From Carcharhinus amblyrhynchos (lineage: Eukaryota), in the NCBI GenBank assembly GCA_965287045.1, contig OZ336876.1:43152001-43216000 (forward strand): a DNA stretch of 64,000 nucleotides, read 5' to 3'. The notes beneath the pieces are model-generated. The model had not been told where the DNA came from. It was given only the letters and a program-made list of their open reading frames with translations, and made no database searches. The position numbers were made by a program, and so were the translations under genes. Shown here piece after piece: positions 39,141 to 53,292 of this stretch (positions are counted from its first letter, which is position 1; every line of letters starts with the position of its first letter).

Positions 39141-39949
39141 CGTAGCCAATGCACTGCCTGACCTTGGGAAATGAGGTAAATCTGCAGCAGTGCAATGTGA
39201 ATTGATTTTGTTTCCTCTATTTGCCTATCTTTCCAGTAGAAAAGGCAAGAAGCAGAGGAACAGAATGAAAAATGGAACCAACCTAACTGATTAAAAGCAT
39301 TTTTCCCCAATTTGTCTGAAAACATCCAAAAAAAGTTTGATTTATAATTTGCCTACTTTATTTAAACTTGGCAGTAAATCTTCAGAGGTGGGAAATTGTA
39401 GACTTAAAATCGCGTGAGGTCACAGGTGCAAGCCCCTTTGTTTCTGATTAAAATGCTTTGAAGGGGGTTGACAGGGTAGGCACTGAAATGCTTATTGAAA
39501 GGCTGAGCAGGCTCAAAGGATTATTGGTCCACTCCATCCTCTACTTCTTAGGTTCTTGACTACAGCACATTCTTAATGTTAATCTGGCAGTTGCCCCATC
39601 ATTATCATCGTTTGAATGTAAATTTTTCTAACTGAGATAATGCAATACAGCACAGCAAGATTAATTACATGGCATTGTCGGTACTTTGTTGACTTATCAA
39701 TGTCTAATTGGTCCCACTCTGGGGATCCTTTGACAAATTCTCGAGCCCACCTTGTTAAAACATTGAATCAAAGGGACACTTAGCATAATGCACAAGAAGA
39801 AAATCATTTACTACTTTTATTCAGATAGAATGGCCATTATTTATCACAATCTTTCATATATTGAAAAAAATCAGTTCTGTGGATGTTTTCTGCCAAAGTT
39901 TTTCCAGTGTAGGTTACTATGTTTGCACTTATCCCGGAAACTCTGTGTG

Positions 39950-40320
39950 GAGGGACTAGAGAATCTGGACTTGTTCTCCACAGAGCAGGGAAGGTTAAGG
40001 GGAGATTTAATAGATGTGTTTAAAATTGGGGGTTTTGACTAGATAAAGAGAAACTGTTTCCACTGAAAGAAGAAACATTTTTAGATAATTGGCAAAAGAA
40101 TTAATGGGAAGATGAGATTTGTTTTTCACTCAGCGAGTTATGATCATTGCTTAAAAGGGTGGAGAAAGCAGGTTCAATATTAACTTTCTAAAGAGAATAC
40201 TTGAAAAGGAAAGAAATGCAGGACTATAGGAAAAGACCATGAGAGTGGGATTAATTGGATAGTTCTTTTACAGCACCAGCAGAGGCATATGGGGTCTGAA
40301 TAGCCTCATTCTATGTAAAC
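39950..40320 (+). mobile_element. Decayed CR1 3' end
   Basis: LENLDLFSTEQGRLRGDLIDVFKI within ORF 39788-40042, followed by a CR1-type 3'UTR. Confidence 0.8.
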
Positions 40321-40329
40321 TTTTGACTC

Positions 40330-41360
40330 TGTACCTTCGCCATCTTGCCACGTGTAGTTGTTTCTCAGCTTGTACTGCACAGAAATTCCTATGCTTCACC
40401 CAACTCCACTTCTTTGCTTTCCAAATTACCATAGCATTTGTCAAAGAATTATAATAAAGTAAGGACGTATTGGGAAGATTATCTTTAGTCTCTGCCACAA
40501 ACTCTGTTCCATAGCCACAGATTCCATTCAATCCCTGGTCACTGTTTGAGATTGAACTAGACTGTTAGCAACATAGGTTTTACATTTGACCATGAGCTCA
40601 TCATGGCAGTCGATATCACCTTCATTCAGCCCATCTGCTGCTGAAACCTTTTTCCATGTTTTTTTCCCATCTGCAGTTTGAACAATTCCAATGCTCTCCT
40701 GGCCTGACTCCCATTTTCCACACTTCAAATCAGCTAAAGCTTTGCTGCCTATTATATAACTCATGTCAAGTCCTATTTATCCATCACCAATGTTCCCTCT
40801 AATGAACTTGTGTGCATGAATGCACAGCAACTCAGAAGCTTCACACAGGCAGTTCACAAGTTGTTCCATTTAAGAAAGTGCATGTGTGACCGTGCAAGAA
40901 AATGTAAAACTACTGCACATTGAAATGTACAGGCTGCCCATAACAACAAAAAAGGGAACAGTGCTCTTCAGCCCAACGTTCATTGGCTTACCTTAGGTTC
41001 CAATTCAACAATGCCCAAAATTTCAATCCTCATCTCTGTAATTAATTCCTCCTGCCTCCCTATCTGTACTACCTCCTACATTCCTGCCTTCCATTCACCT
41101 GAAGTTTCTGTATTCCCCCAATTCTGGCTTCAAGCATCTCCAATTTTCTTTGTCCCTCCATCAAGGGCAATATTCTCAGTCCTAATCTCTGTAAAACAAT
41201 TTCAAACTCCATCTCTCCTCCTGTAAGGCCCTGCCTAAAATTTACCATTTTGACTAGGCTTTTGATCACCTGTCCTATTATCTCCCAATGTGGCTTGGTG
41301 TCTAATCTGGTTTGTTACACTCTATGAAGCAACTTGAGGTGTTTTACTACTCATATAAAA
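40330..41360 (+). mobile_element. Decayed L2 fragment
   Basis: Parallels 28035-28755 (catctgctgctgaaacct; ttccaatgctctcctgg; tggcttggtgtctaatctggtttg). Confidence 0.6.
40788..40963. mobile_element. Small TIR element (hAT-like MITE) nested in the L2
   Basis: Ends caatgttccctct ... aaagggaacagtg (imperfect TIR). No clear TSD. Confidence 0.45.
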
Positions 41361-42059
41361 GTCAAATTTTTGAAACGCATTTTTTTATACAAAAGGTTGG
41401 AGGTGGATTTTTATCCAAGTAATATTTTTCAGGGGCTTACTTTCAATCAAATAACATAGGAAGTCATCACTGAGAAGTACAGAAAGACATGCTGAGCACT
41501 CCCATCATTTTGGCATGCTTCTATGAACAATCTTAAACCGTGGACTTTACTTTTGCTTCTAAATACGGTGCCAGTGCTTAATCAGTTCTTTGTGCACCAG
41601 AGAGTGAACCCATTATCATGAAGATTTTTTTCTCCAGTCCCACAAACTCTGAATCAGACATGGAGCTCCCCTCCTTTCAGATGTCATGGTGCGCGGTTCC
41701 AGACTGATCTGCTTTTACTGCTCTCATCAGGTGTTAGGTGAACATAACAACTCATTAATGTGGTGCTCCCATCAAAATCCTAGAGAGATGTTAACTCTAG
41801 CCCATTCCCTGGTGCAGTTTCATCAGGCTGTGCTACTGTTTCAGGGAGACTCTCCCAACCCCACAAGCCCAGGAGAGGAATGGGCTAGCTGGACCTGTGG
41901 TTTCGATGCAGCTTGGGGGGGTCAAAGGAAGAGAACGGAAGGGCTACACCATTGGAAAATATCATGCTAACAGTTCCCAGCCTTGACCTAAGTCTTAGTG
42001 CAGGAGTATTGGATTTGTTGGCATTCACAGGTACTGTTTTAATGAATAATGAATTGAGT

Positions 42060-42145
42060 TACATGAAAAATTAAGGAGTTTTTGGCCAATGTTTGGAGGG
42101 GTCGACTTTTACACAAGACAGATTATTACTTGAGTATATGTAGCA
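42060..42145. mobile_element. Tc1/mariner-pogo (Tc2-like) terminal remnant
   Basis: ggggtcgacttttacacaag...tacttgagtatatgtag resembles the gtcgacttatac...gagtatatacggta ends of that group. Confidence 0.35.
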
Positions 42146-42651
42146 TAATAAAGGAGTGCAAGTTGTTCTATGACATGATTATCTCTGTAGTCCCCAGTCT
42201 AATTATCCCTGTTCACAAACCCCCTTGTATGTGAAGACCACACAAGAAAATTGATTTTAGACCCTACCAGAGTCAGAAACAGAGGCAGGCAGGTGCTAAA
42301 AATAATCCCTGGCCCAAATCTGCAGGTATGGCCAAACCTATTCATGCCTGTAACAGAGGACCACTGGGATTTTCCAGTTGAGTTGCAGATTCCTGTAGGA
42401 GTTGGGGATCTGGTCTAGCAGAGCAGGGGTAAGGAGAGGGCTCTCTGCAGGCAGCGATATAGGGTCCCTCCCTGCCTACGTGGATGCAGCAACAGTGGCA
42501 AAGGCTATTCTATCAAGAGATCCCGCCCCAAAACTTCTGGCCCAGCTGCAAAAAGCATCTTTTATTGAAACTTTACAAGTGGAAATCACAATGAGTGACT
42601 GCTTCCCACACAATGGTGAGTTTCAGACTCACATTTCAGGAAATGAAATTT

Positions 42652-42990
42652 GGCGGCACAGTAGCACAGTGGTTAGCACTGCTGCTTCACAGCTCCAGGG
42701 TCCTGGGTTCGATTCCCGGCTAGGGTCACTGTCTATGTGGAGTTTGCACAGTCATCTTGTGTCTGCGTGGGTTTCTTCTGGGTGCTCCGGTTTCCTCCCA
42801 CAGTCCAAAGATGTGCGGGTTAGGTTGATTGGCCACTCTAAAATTGCCCCTTAGTGTACTAGGATGCTTAAGTTAGAGGAATTAGTGGGTAAAATATGTA
42901 GGGATATGGGAGTAGGGCCTGTGTGGGATTGTGGTTGGTGCAGACTCGATGGGCTGAATGGCCTCTGTACGGTTCTATGATTCTATGAAA
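42652..42990 (+). mobile_element. Well-preserved HE1-like V-SINE
   Basis: ggcggcacagtagcacagtggttagcactgctgc (A box), gggttcgattccc (B box), core gtctgcgtgggtttcttctgggtgctccggtttcctcccacagtccaaaga, tail ttctatgattctatga. Confidence 0.92.
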
Positions 42991-45699
42991 TGAAGACTTG
43001 CAGGGGTAAGCCTGTTCTTGGTCTCCACTCCTCAGGTGCCATACAACATGACATTGGTTAATTAATCTAGAAAGGCACAATTTTTTTGGGGGTGGTGTGA
43101 GGATTAACTATTTCCTAGGATATCATTTTATCATCACTGACCAAAAGAACTATGTTATAATGACTATGATATTTAGTCATCATAATTTTATAAAATAAAT
43201 TAATATGGTTCTGTTTGGTTGTAAGCAACAATATGAGACACAATTGATATAAAACCAAGAGCCTGTATTCCACACATGAGAAATATGACCAATATCAACT
43301 TGGGTTCTTACAATTCAGTGCTTGCTATAGCTGTATCAATGGTATACTTTAATATTCATAAATTTAATGTTTCTAATAAAAGTAGACATAACTTATATTG
43401 CCAATAAAGTTCTAGTTACAATCAACATAGAATGACTGAAGAAGAACTGCCAGTTAGAAACTAGTATGCACAGATAGAGATCAAGGTCTATTAAGAATTT
43501 AAACTATGATCTTACGTGATGCTGCTAATGGCAAACATGAAAATGAAAATCATGTTTTTCTCTCTATAACCATTTCTTTTTCCCTCTCTATCTTGGTGTC
43601 TTTTAATTATTCATCCCTTTCATGGTTTTCATATGTACCATCACTCATTATTTTCCCTGTACCTCCATTTTGTTTCTCTTAACCCTGTTCTCTGTTTCTT
43701 ACACAACTTTGTTGACTGATTTATTGAATTTATATATTTAGGTCCATGATATGCAACAAGATCATGTCCTGTTTTGGAAGTAGTTACTGGGGTTTGAAGG
43801 GAGACAGTCAAAGGGCAGGACATTTAGGAACTGCTGTTATGTGCATGAATGACAGGCAAATGAGAGACATAGGCTTAAATTAGAAGACCTTGGCCAATAT
43901 TGCGATGTCCATGATCTACTGCAATGCAGAAGGTAATCAAAAATTGGGAACTATAGTCCTAGGTAGGAGTGACAGTAAGTTAGGGAAGAAACAGCCCAGA
44001 TTCTGAAACCTGAGTGAAAAGGGAATACAGTATCGGCTGAAATCCAAAGACAGACAATAGCAGGCATAGATACCACCCCCTACAAATACCTCCCGCACAT
44101 ACATACGCGTGCACGTACGCAAACATTTCCTTTGCATCTGTAAGTCATGGGAAACAGAATTATCAAAAGCTTGACATATTATCTGATATGATTTAAGTAA
44201 TAGTCTTATGCTTCAATTTTACTTTTTTTCTGCTAAGTATGAACTAATCATTGAGCAAAATGTCACAATTTAAGCAGGCACAGCAGGCTCACTTGGTCCA
44301 ATGGTTTTCAGAGTGCCAAACCTGCTGCTTGAAATACATTTCAAGAGAGAGGAGGATTAGAATATGAAACATCAACTCTTTCTCTGGATAGGACTGCCCT
44401 TGGCTGTGATGCTCTGTGCAGTCAAATTACTTTCCAACATTCATGCTCTGGGCTCAAATGCAAAAAAATCCAGAAGCACGAGTTCCTGGAGACTGCCTGG
44501 CAGAGATGGAATCATGCCTGGCTAATGGTGAGAAGTATGGGATTTAAAACACATTCTGAAAACATCTACTTAAGGAATTAAGGCATTAACTTTATGGTGC
44601 CATCAAGGATTGAAAAAAGTTTAAAAATTCAGTAGATGCAGGATGTAGTTATTTCCAAAATAAAAACCGCAAGCATAAAAGTATTGTAAGAAGTGTAGTA
44701 TTTATAACAATTATTCCAATTTATTTTAGAGTTCATTTTATTTATGGTTGTCTTGGGTACCAGGGGCTGGGGCTGGAGCAGAGACTGGGTTTTAAGCCTC
44801 ATGCAGCTGGGTGACAAGGGAGTCCATCCACTCAGAGGTTTGAAAAAGGTGAGGCTGGGCCACTGAGTCAGATTTACATGTAGTGCTGTACTGCTTTGAA
44901 CATATTCCAAGGTTATAACCAGCAACATTGAGAGTTCCCCCAGTCTCTCACTGTTACTTCGGTGGAAGATTGACAGAAACCATGGAGTGCTGGACATTGT
45001 TACCCATTTACTCTATTTTTACAGGTGTTGAACTTTTCCTCTCCTGCAGTTATGCTCTGAGATTGAGGGGACTTGCAGTGGAATTTCAGGCAGGATATTC
45101 TGTGTTTATAGAAACAGAACTGGTCGAACCTGATGCATTATATCATATTGAATATAACACTCTTCTGACTGTCATGAAAGCTACATTGAATATTTATTTT
45201 TTGGACAATTTTTATATGATCTTGTCAGGGACTGTTAATGTTTGAGAAGAGAAATATGAACACTCAATAATTTGATGACAGAACTACTCCACAGGATTTC
45301 ACATCCTTTAAAAATTATTACTGTACACAAAAAATAATTCTCCAAGAAAACATCACACACTATAGTTTATAAAGACTTATGGAATGAACCCAGTCCTACT
45401 TGTTACTTCCTGCAAGAGTTCCCTTATCTTACTGAATCATGAAGGTTCAGTCACTTTTCCTGGGACCAACCCAAAAGTATGCAACAGCCTGGAATTTACT
45501 TTAAGTATCCTCAGTACTCCAGCTAGCTCCGAGGTATAAAATTTATGGGAATCCTTCCATTGCATTTTGGCTAATTGACCCTCCAAGTTTCTTTAAAGAC
45601 TTTGTGAATGTGGGCTCTTCAGCTCCGTGCCCTGGCTTTGGACATAAATAGACTGCTTTTTGGCAATCTGCTCCTACAGCTTCTATACAGTTCTTTCTC

Positions 45700-45852
45700 A
45701 ACTAAATGCACCTAACCAGCATATCTTTCAGACTGTGGGGGAAACCGGAGCGCCAGAGAAAACCTACGCAGACATGGGGAAAAGGTGCAGGCTTCGCAGA
45801 GGCTGTGATTCAACCCAGGTCTCTGGCACCGTGAGGCAGCAGTGTCACCATG
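45700..45852 (-). mobile_element. Truncated V-SINE
   Basis: aatgcacctaaccagcatatctttcagactgtgggggaaaccggagcgcc...gtgaggcagcagtg. Confidence 0.8.
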
Positions 45853-47164
45853 TCACCCTTTTGTTTGCTTCCTCAGTTGAATGGGATGCAGGCTACATCA
45901 AAAAAGCGCTACAGCTGCCAATCTGTTGTCAAACTTAACTGTTTTCTTCTATCTGTAAAACACATGACTTAAATAAATGCATCTTCTAACCAAGGCTCCA
46001 CCCTGAATTACAGCCTTTACAACAACATGGCATAACTTGGGATGGTTTAAATAGAAATGAAAATAAATTACTTGATCTTCAAAACTAAACTTTGATTCTG
46101 CAACCCAACTGAATAATTTCTATCCCTCATGGACCTTTGCAACCCTCTTTTCCAGACTCTTTCATGGTAATAGTCATTCTTGCTCTATCAAGAAGTCCAA
46201 AAATGGTCACCTATTGTTTAAGGTTTTCTTTCATGATCAACTCTGATCTTACAAGATAAACGCTGGTTAATTAAACCTAAGCTTGTTTGATATAGCTTTA
46301 CATTTGTGGTTTTTTTATCAGTTCCTTACCTGGGCTTTTTTCCCCCCCATTTATCTTACATTTAACACTTTAATCACCAAAATAAAGTTATACTCCCAAA
46401 ACTAAACGTTAGATTCTAAAACACATGAATTGGATCTTTGCAAAAATATAACTCACTTTTTGTGGTTTGGGATTGGTTGTATAAATCTATTGACATACAG
46501 ACACACTTTTAAAAACTAATAAGGCAAGAAATATATTAGATGGATAGGTTAAATAGATGAGAAAATGATATGCCATTAGTAGACTGGTAATGTCATCTAC
46601 ATTGTACTTCAATATCAAATAAATAAAAGAAGCATGCCACGTTGTCAATTTTTAAAGAAGATTGATGGTTATAACCTGTGTTTATTCTTATGATAATATT
46701 GGAAACATTACTTGCACACAATCTAGTAGCTCAGCACTGTACTTGCTGAAATGATTTGGAAAGCTGCCAAATTTATGCTGAAATGCGAATTGCTGAATTT
46801 GCAACATAAAATAAAATATAATTTCATCAATGATTTATTCACTGCACACTCCCTGTGGTCAATGCCTTAATTAAATCTCACAATAATGACCTTAAACTAA
46901 TTTAGTCTCTGTGATGCATGTTTTAAGATGGCTAATGTGGTATAGGGAGGACACAATGGAAAAATAATATGGTTTAGCTATAACTGTCATTCTGTACCAT
47001 GTCCTCTTCTTTATAAAAAGTACATTACATAGCTGTTACACCGTTCACTGCTGATGTGTAATTGGATACCTGACACATCCGAATCCTAACATCACTGAAA
47101 CAACAAAAGAATCCACCTGGAATTGCCAGTTCATTCTCACATTGACATAATACACAAATGTTAA

Positions 47165-47625
47165 TATGAAATCAACAGCAAAATACTGCAGGTGCTGGAA
47201 ATGCTGAGTGACACAGTGGTTAGCATTGCTGCCTCACATGTTCCAGGGACCTAGGTTCGATTCCCAACTGGGTCACTGTCTGTATAGTATTTGCACATTC
47301 TCCTTGTGTCTGCATGGGTTTGCTCCAGTTTCTTCCCACAGTCCAAAGATGTGTGGGTTAGGTGGATTGGCCATGCTAAATTGCCTCTTGATACCCAGGG
47401 ATGCATACGCTAGAGGGATTAGTGGGGGTAAATATGAGGGGTTACGGGGGCAGGGCCTGGGTGGGATTGTTGTCGATGCAGGTTCGATGGGCCAATTGGC
47501 CTCCTTCTGCACTGTAAGGTTTCTATGAATGTAGCCTATTCTATGAATACTCAACAGCTTATCCAGCACTTGTAGAGACAGAAACAGAGTTTTAGGTTTC
47601 AGGTCGATGGCCTTTCATCAGATTA
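47165..47625 (-). mobile_element. Short repeat family B split by a SINE; best-preserved hammerhead-like core at 47581-47621
   Basis: Minus strand ctgatgaaaggccatcgacctgaaacctaaaactctgtttc; the 3' part (aaaatactgcaggtgctggaaat) lies on the other side of the SINE. Confidence 0.7.
47207..47530 (+). mobile_element. HE1-like V-SINE
   Basis: acacagtggttagcattgctgcctcac, ggttcgattccc, tail cactgtaaggtttctatga. Confidence 0.9.
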
Positions 47626-50494
47626 TGTGAATTCAATGTCAACACTTCCCCCCCAAAAATAGTCAAAGCTGCAAAAAGAATGCACGATTCACAGTTTTTT
47701 AAACAATTCAAAATGTCATCCACATCATCTAACAGTGCAAACCGTTTTGATCCTCGAAAAATGTGTGATACTCTCAAAAAAATTCTAGGTGTTGAATTTG
47801 CGTCAGAACTGGAGTAAATCCCGCTGATTTTTTCAGCAGGATTTTCAAAATGAATCTCCCGCACTCTGTGCATTGCACAGTGCATTAACACGAATCCCAA
47901 TAAAAATCAGTGGGTGGGGCCTATTCCTGCGGGAGAGGCTGGCAACATAGCGTTGAGCAGGCCACAGTGCGTGTGCTAATCTATCAGCGTCAAGATCAGC
48001 ACATCACCAAGATCAGCACATACGCTGTCACCCACACTGCCTGCACCCCTCCCGTGACATCGCATAGCTGGCCAGGTGACACCTTCCCCCATCCCCACCA
48101 CCACTCATGAACGCTAGCCTCTTTGACATGGTCCAGGTCAACCTCCACCTCAACATCTCGCTCCCCCCCCTACCAAACTTGATTCCTCTCATGTGGCCTA
48201 ACCTCAAACTCACAAAAAGGTAGAGGACTCACTATGTGCAGAATGGAAAAGCAGCTAAACAGGGAGGACATAGGAGGCACAGCCTACAAGCCAGTCGCCA
48301 GACCCCTTTGAGGCTGGGACACCCGGAGATAAGTGGAAGGTGAGAGCTGCAAGAGACCACTTCCCACAGAAATTGCATGACTAAACCCCTCACCCCTGGC
48401 CCTGTTTTACACTTGTCTGCCTCCCCCCCAGTAGGTTGACCCTCTCCCCATTCCTCCTTGGTGTCCAGCCCCAATTGCCTTCTGCCTCGTGGACACCAGT
48501 GAAACCATAAATGGCCGTGCATAGATTCTTTCAATATTTTACAATCAGATCACTCACATGCTGTAGACTAGACATTTATTAAAAAATATTTTTTGTGATA
48601 AACCCATTTTCAGTTGTACTAATAAAACTGCAGGTTACCAAACTTAAATAGACTAATTAATACATTTTTAATTTAAAAAAAGTGTTCTATTATGTCGCCT
48701 GATTGGGCTGCTTCATGAAAGATTTTACGTTTGCGACTATTCAGGAAGTCTGGTCAGAAGTTGTCACCAATTTTGAAAGATGATGGTGACAACTTGTCCA
48801 TCAAACATTTTGACTCATAACATTTTAATGACGAGGCAGAGAGGGAAAGTATAGGAGATAAATCCTGCACTTCCAGTCCCATTACCTCATGGGATACCCT
48901 GTCCTGTGTGCCCAAAGATCTGTAAGTCCAGAAGCAGGCTATTCAGGCACATGAAGACCCATGGCAGAAACTCATGATCCTGAGTACAGTCATCCTCAAA
49001 TCGAAGGACAGTTGACAAAATTTGGTCAGAAACTTGATGCGTGACTTTGCTCTCGAATTTCATGCAAGTTCAAACAAAATTTGTATCCAGATTGCTGACT
49101 GTCCCCAAAGTGGAAACTCCATCCCTATTCTTTGAGGAATAAGAGTCAATGAGCATCATTTGTGCTGATATACGTATTGCAAAGCAGGTTTAACAAGTGT
49201 ACTTTTAACATCAGTTAGTCAGTTATATGAGAGTAGATCCAATTACTCCACTCAGGCACTTTTCTATTTTCAAAATATCATGTAGCGTGGTCATCTGAAC
49301 CAGACTCAGAACAGTCCTCAACCATTAACTGTTACGTAAGGATCCTTTTGGAATATTGAAAACTTGGTATTTTTGATGATCGCTACATTAGTTGTCACTT
49401 TAGGTTTCAATTAGGGACACCCATCAAGAAAGCAAGCACGATGATGCAATTAATGACAATCCTTGATATAAGGATATCACTGTTGTGCGCTGTGTGGAAT
49501 TTGAATGTGTTTCTTAAACAAGTTATTGGGTTAATGTACATATTAAGATAGAACACAGACATACAGAGCAATAGTTTGCTGCACAAAGTAGCTGCTATCT
49601 GGGAGAGTAATTTCATCCATAAAGTTGCAAAAATGGGATCTTTCCTTGACCTTCTAAGCATGTGTACCTGCGTAGATCTTCTAGACGTCAGCTAGATTCC
49701 TAAGTTGATAGTCATAGCATCACAGAATCTTAGAGCGCAGAGGTGGCCATTCAGCCCATTGTGCCTGTGTCCTCTCCAAGTTAGTCCCATACCCGAGCTC
49801 TTTCCCCACAAATATGCTTGTTTGTCCTTTTCAACACACTGTACTTGCTGTACAACACAAGATTATCTTTACATTGGAACAATCAAACACTTTGCTGATC
49901 TTCTCTGCTCTGTGATCAAGCCAGACCCTAGGTTTTCTGTTATTTACCAACTTAATTAACAAAGTCAGTCCCATTGTGACCTCTGTGTTTCACTTTCTCT
50001 GCTGTTCTGCCTAAGGTCAATACAATATCAGAAAAAAACATTTTTTTTTAAGGCTAGAAGACTACCAAGTGCTTATTATTGACCTTAAAAATTCAGACCT
50101 TAACTACAACTTCAAATTTCTCTTTATCAGGAAGTGGGTGTCCCAATATTTTTAGGGGTGGTTAGTGTGCTGAATGAATTGATACTTGGGTCAATCTGCT
50201 TTTTGTCTTCTTCCAGGCTTCTGGACCTGCTGAAAACTTAGTTCCAATTTGTCATGTTTCCATTTCTACCACCTCATCATTCACTTGATGGGAAACTCTT
50301 ACATCCTCTGTCTGATAACTATCTTGGATGCGTCTGAAGTCCCTCACTAGGTTTTCTTTTGCCCCAAGTTAATATTAGACACCATTTAACCATCTCCTGA
50401 TTCTCATGCAAGCATTTTACAGGTGTTGTGTTTGCTCCCTCCCCTTTCCCTTTATTCTGTTCCTTTCTAAAGGTTGTTCATCTTTAATGTTCTC

Positions 50495-50890
50495 CAATTC
50501 TGATGAGTTCCACACCTGGAGTGTCAACCTTGTTCTCTCTGCAAATGTTGCCTAACTTCATGATTGATTGTAAACAACATTAAAATACTGGAAACAAACT
50601 AGCTTAAGTTCTTAAGCATCCTCTTGTTACATTTCTGCATCTGCAGAAGATTCTTTTTTGGGTTCTATGCTATCTGACCCTCCTGTGTGTGGCCTGAATG
50701 TCTTATGTTGGACAGGAATTGACTCATACTGCCCTATATCTACCGATATAATAGTATAAACTGAGAACATTTTTGACCCAAATCTGATATTCTGGTTTGA
50801 TGAAAAAGGTCACTGCCCTGAAACATAAACTCTTTCTCTCTCTCCACAGATCCTGCTTGACCTGCTGAGTTTTTTCACCTTTAGTTTGTT
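50495..50890 (+). mobile_element. Two degenerate family B repeats (50495-50660 and 50795-50890)
   Basis: ctgatgagttccacacctggagtgtcaacc... and ttgatgaaaaaggtcactgccctgaaacataaactct...ccacagatcctgcttgacctgctgag. Confidence 0.65.
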
Positions 50891-51694
50891 TCTTTCACCT
50901 CAGTACTTCTTTTATTTATTTAAAGGAAGACCAAGCAAACACATGGTGATACAAATAATAGTACATACACAGCAATAGTTATGATCAGATTCACTTGGCT
51001 CAATATATACAACTTATTCTTGTGTAATAACACAAAACAAAGAACTTGCCACACTTCTCCACAAGATTGAGTTCCTTGAGTTGTAAGCTATGCAAAGATA
51101 TTAAAGAACACACAGCTTTCCCCTTTAGAAGTCTTACCTGCCATGACAGTCTATTGCTATTAAGAACCTATTCCAGCGTTCGGCCTTTAGTCAAATTGAT
51201 TAACCCGTACTTAAGAACAGAATCTATCAGCATAGCTTTGCAATGTCTCCCGATAAGACTAAAGAGTACTTAAGTGTGAATGATCACTAGAATATTAAAT
51301 TATCTTTAACAATTGTCACCATATAGTTTCAGATGTGGCAGCAATCTAACATACCAAACCTCTCTGTTGTTCAGTGACTTTAATCCATTGAGAGATAAGC
51401 TTTGCTTAAACTGAGCACTTTGAACTTTGCTTAGACTGAGCAATTCTTCTCATAGCAGTATTTTTAGAAATTACACAATGTCATAGTTTGAACATCAAAA
51501 CTGTTTTCAACTGGTTTCAGATTCATTTTGACTTTGTATAATAATTTATCAAGCAATGAGCTCTAAAGTCATTACACATTTGAAGAATACAATACATTGA
51601 AAATAATAAATTATTTCATCTACTATTACCTTTTTTTGGATTATATTCCAATAAGTTTCACCTATCAGTTACTTCCGGCCAGTTTTGATCATTA

Positions 51695-51961
<267 letters not shown>

Positions 51962-52899
51962 TTATTGAGACTTTATTACCATAATTTCCAGTTCTGGTCC
52001 ATTTAAAAGTAAATGTGATAAAAGTTAGCTTACAGTTCTTTAAAAAGGATTATGCATCAACTTCCAAAAGCTGCAATTCCTCACTTATTTCTTTGCAATT
52101 TACTTAATGAACTCAAGTTTTTAAAAAAAATCAACACCCTAATGGTCGCAGGCATCGATGTGCTCAAAAGCACAGCTGGTGGGACCCTGACAGTTAACTG
52201 ATTTATTCAGTGAATTTCTAATTTTGGCGAAATTGCCAAAGGGAAGTTTTAAGAAGATGACAGATACTGGACTCCTTATGTCATCTGTCATTGATCTCCT
52301 TGCATTTGGATGCAATATGCATTGTCTTTTACCAAAAGGCACATTTCAAGAATATTCTACTTGTTGCACAAAGAAATCAACACAGACATAAACAAAATTA
52401 ATTAATAATGATCTTTCCAAAACCAATTAGTCTCTCAAAACCTCATAGGAGGAAGCCTCTACTTCAACTCAGAGAAACCTATTGCTACTCACTGGCAATT
52501 ATCCCAACACCACAAATTCTGAATCCACAGATTCACACATCTCTCCTTTCAACCATTCTGGAAAAAACTATTTAGTTGCGTCGAAGCCGGTGATCCTCAA
52601 ACCTTTTTGAGGTCGGATTACAACTGGGTTAGTACTTACAGACTTCTTCATTCAAATTATAATCCAACAAACTCTTGCACATGAAGTTCACCTGTTAAAG
52701 GAGCTTGCATGCAATTTTACCAGGATTGCACAATTTAGTAAAAATTGATGCGACCGGTGATCTGAAATCTTTCATCTTCCCTTTAAGTAAAAGGTAGCAA
52801 CATGCCTGTTGAACACTTCACTGCATGACACCTTTGTGCTCTCCTTGGATTAAGATGAATGCTCCTGTTGGAACACTGTCACTATTTCAGGTGTAACTC

Positions 52900-53292
52900 T
52901 TCTTCTTCTAAGGCAGTCCCTAGGGATTGAGGCTGACTTGCTTCTACTCCAGTTTGATAGTTTCTGAAATGGCTGATAAATCCAGTCTGTGATCAGCCGA
53001 CTGTCAAGAATGGGGCATGTGGTGCTTAAGGGATAGGGTAGATAGTGGCTTGGAGGTTTGGGCATTTCCTCCAATGCCCTGACCTTGCCTCTGCACATTC
53101 CCAACACTTGAAGATTCTTGATGTGCCTGGTACCTTCTCAAATGAGCCTTCTACATTTTGGCTGGTCACAAACAAGCTGGTGTCTGCGAGGACGTTTGAC
53201 ATCTTCAAGGATGCTTTACGAACGTTCATAAAGCCTTTCCACTGCCCTCTTAGGAGTCTCCTGCACTGACCGAGTTTTGAGTAGAGCAATTA
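52900..53292 (-). mobile_element. RTE/BovB-clade LINE 3' fragment
   Basis: LLYSKLGQCRRLLRGQWKGFMNVRKASLK fits the RTE-BovB motif LLY.EL..G.R..GGQ.KR.KD.LK..LK; ends at a (gaa)n-like tail. Confidence 0.7.

Noticed and set aside
42652-42725. tRNA-like A/B boxes (also in other SINE heads)
   Set aside because: These are SINE heads continuing into the V-SINE core, not standalone tRNA genes.
42402-42854. Longest ORF in the track (150 aa)
   Set aside because: Reads through a GC-rich repeat into a V-SINE; the C-terminal half is SINE translation.
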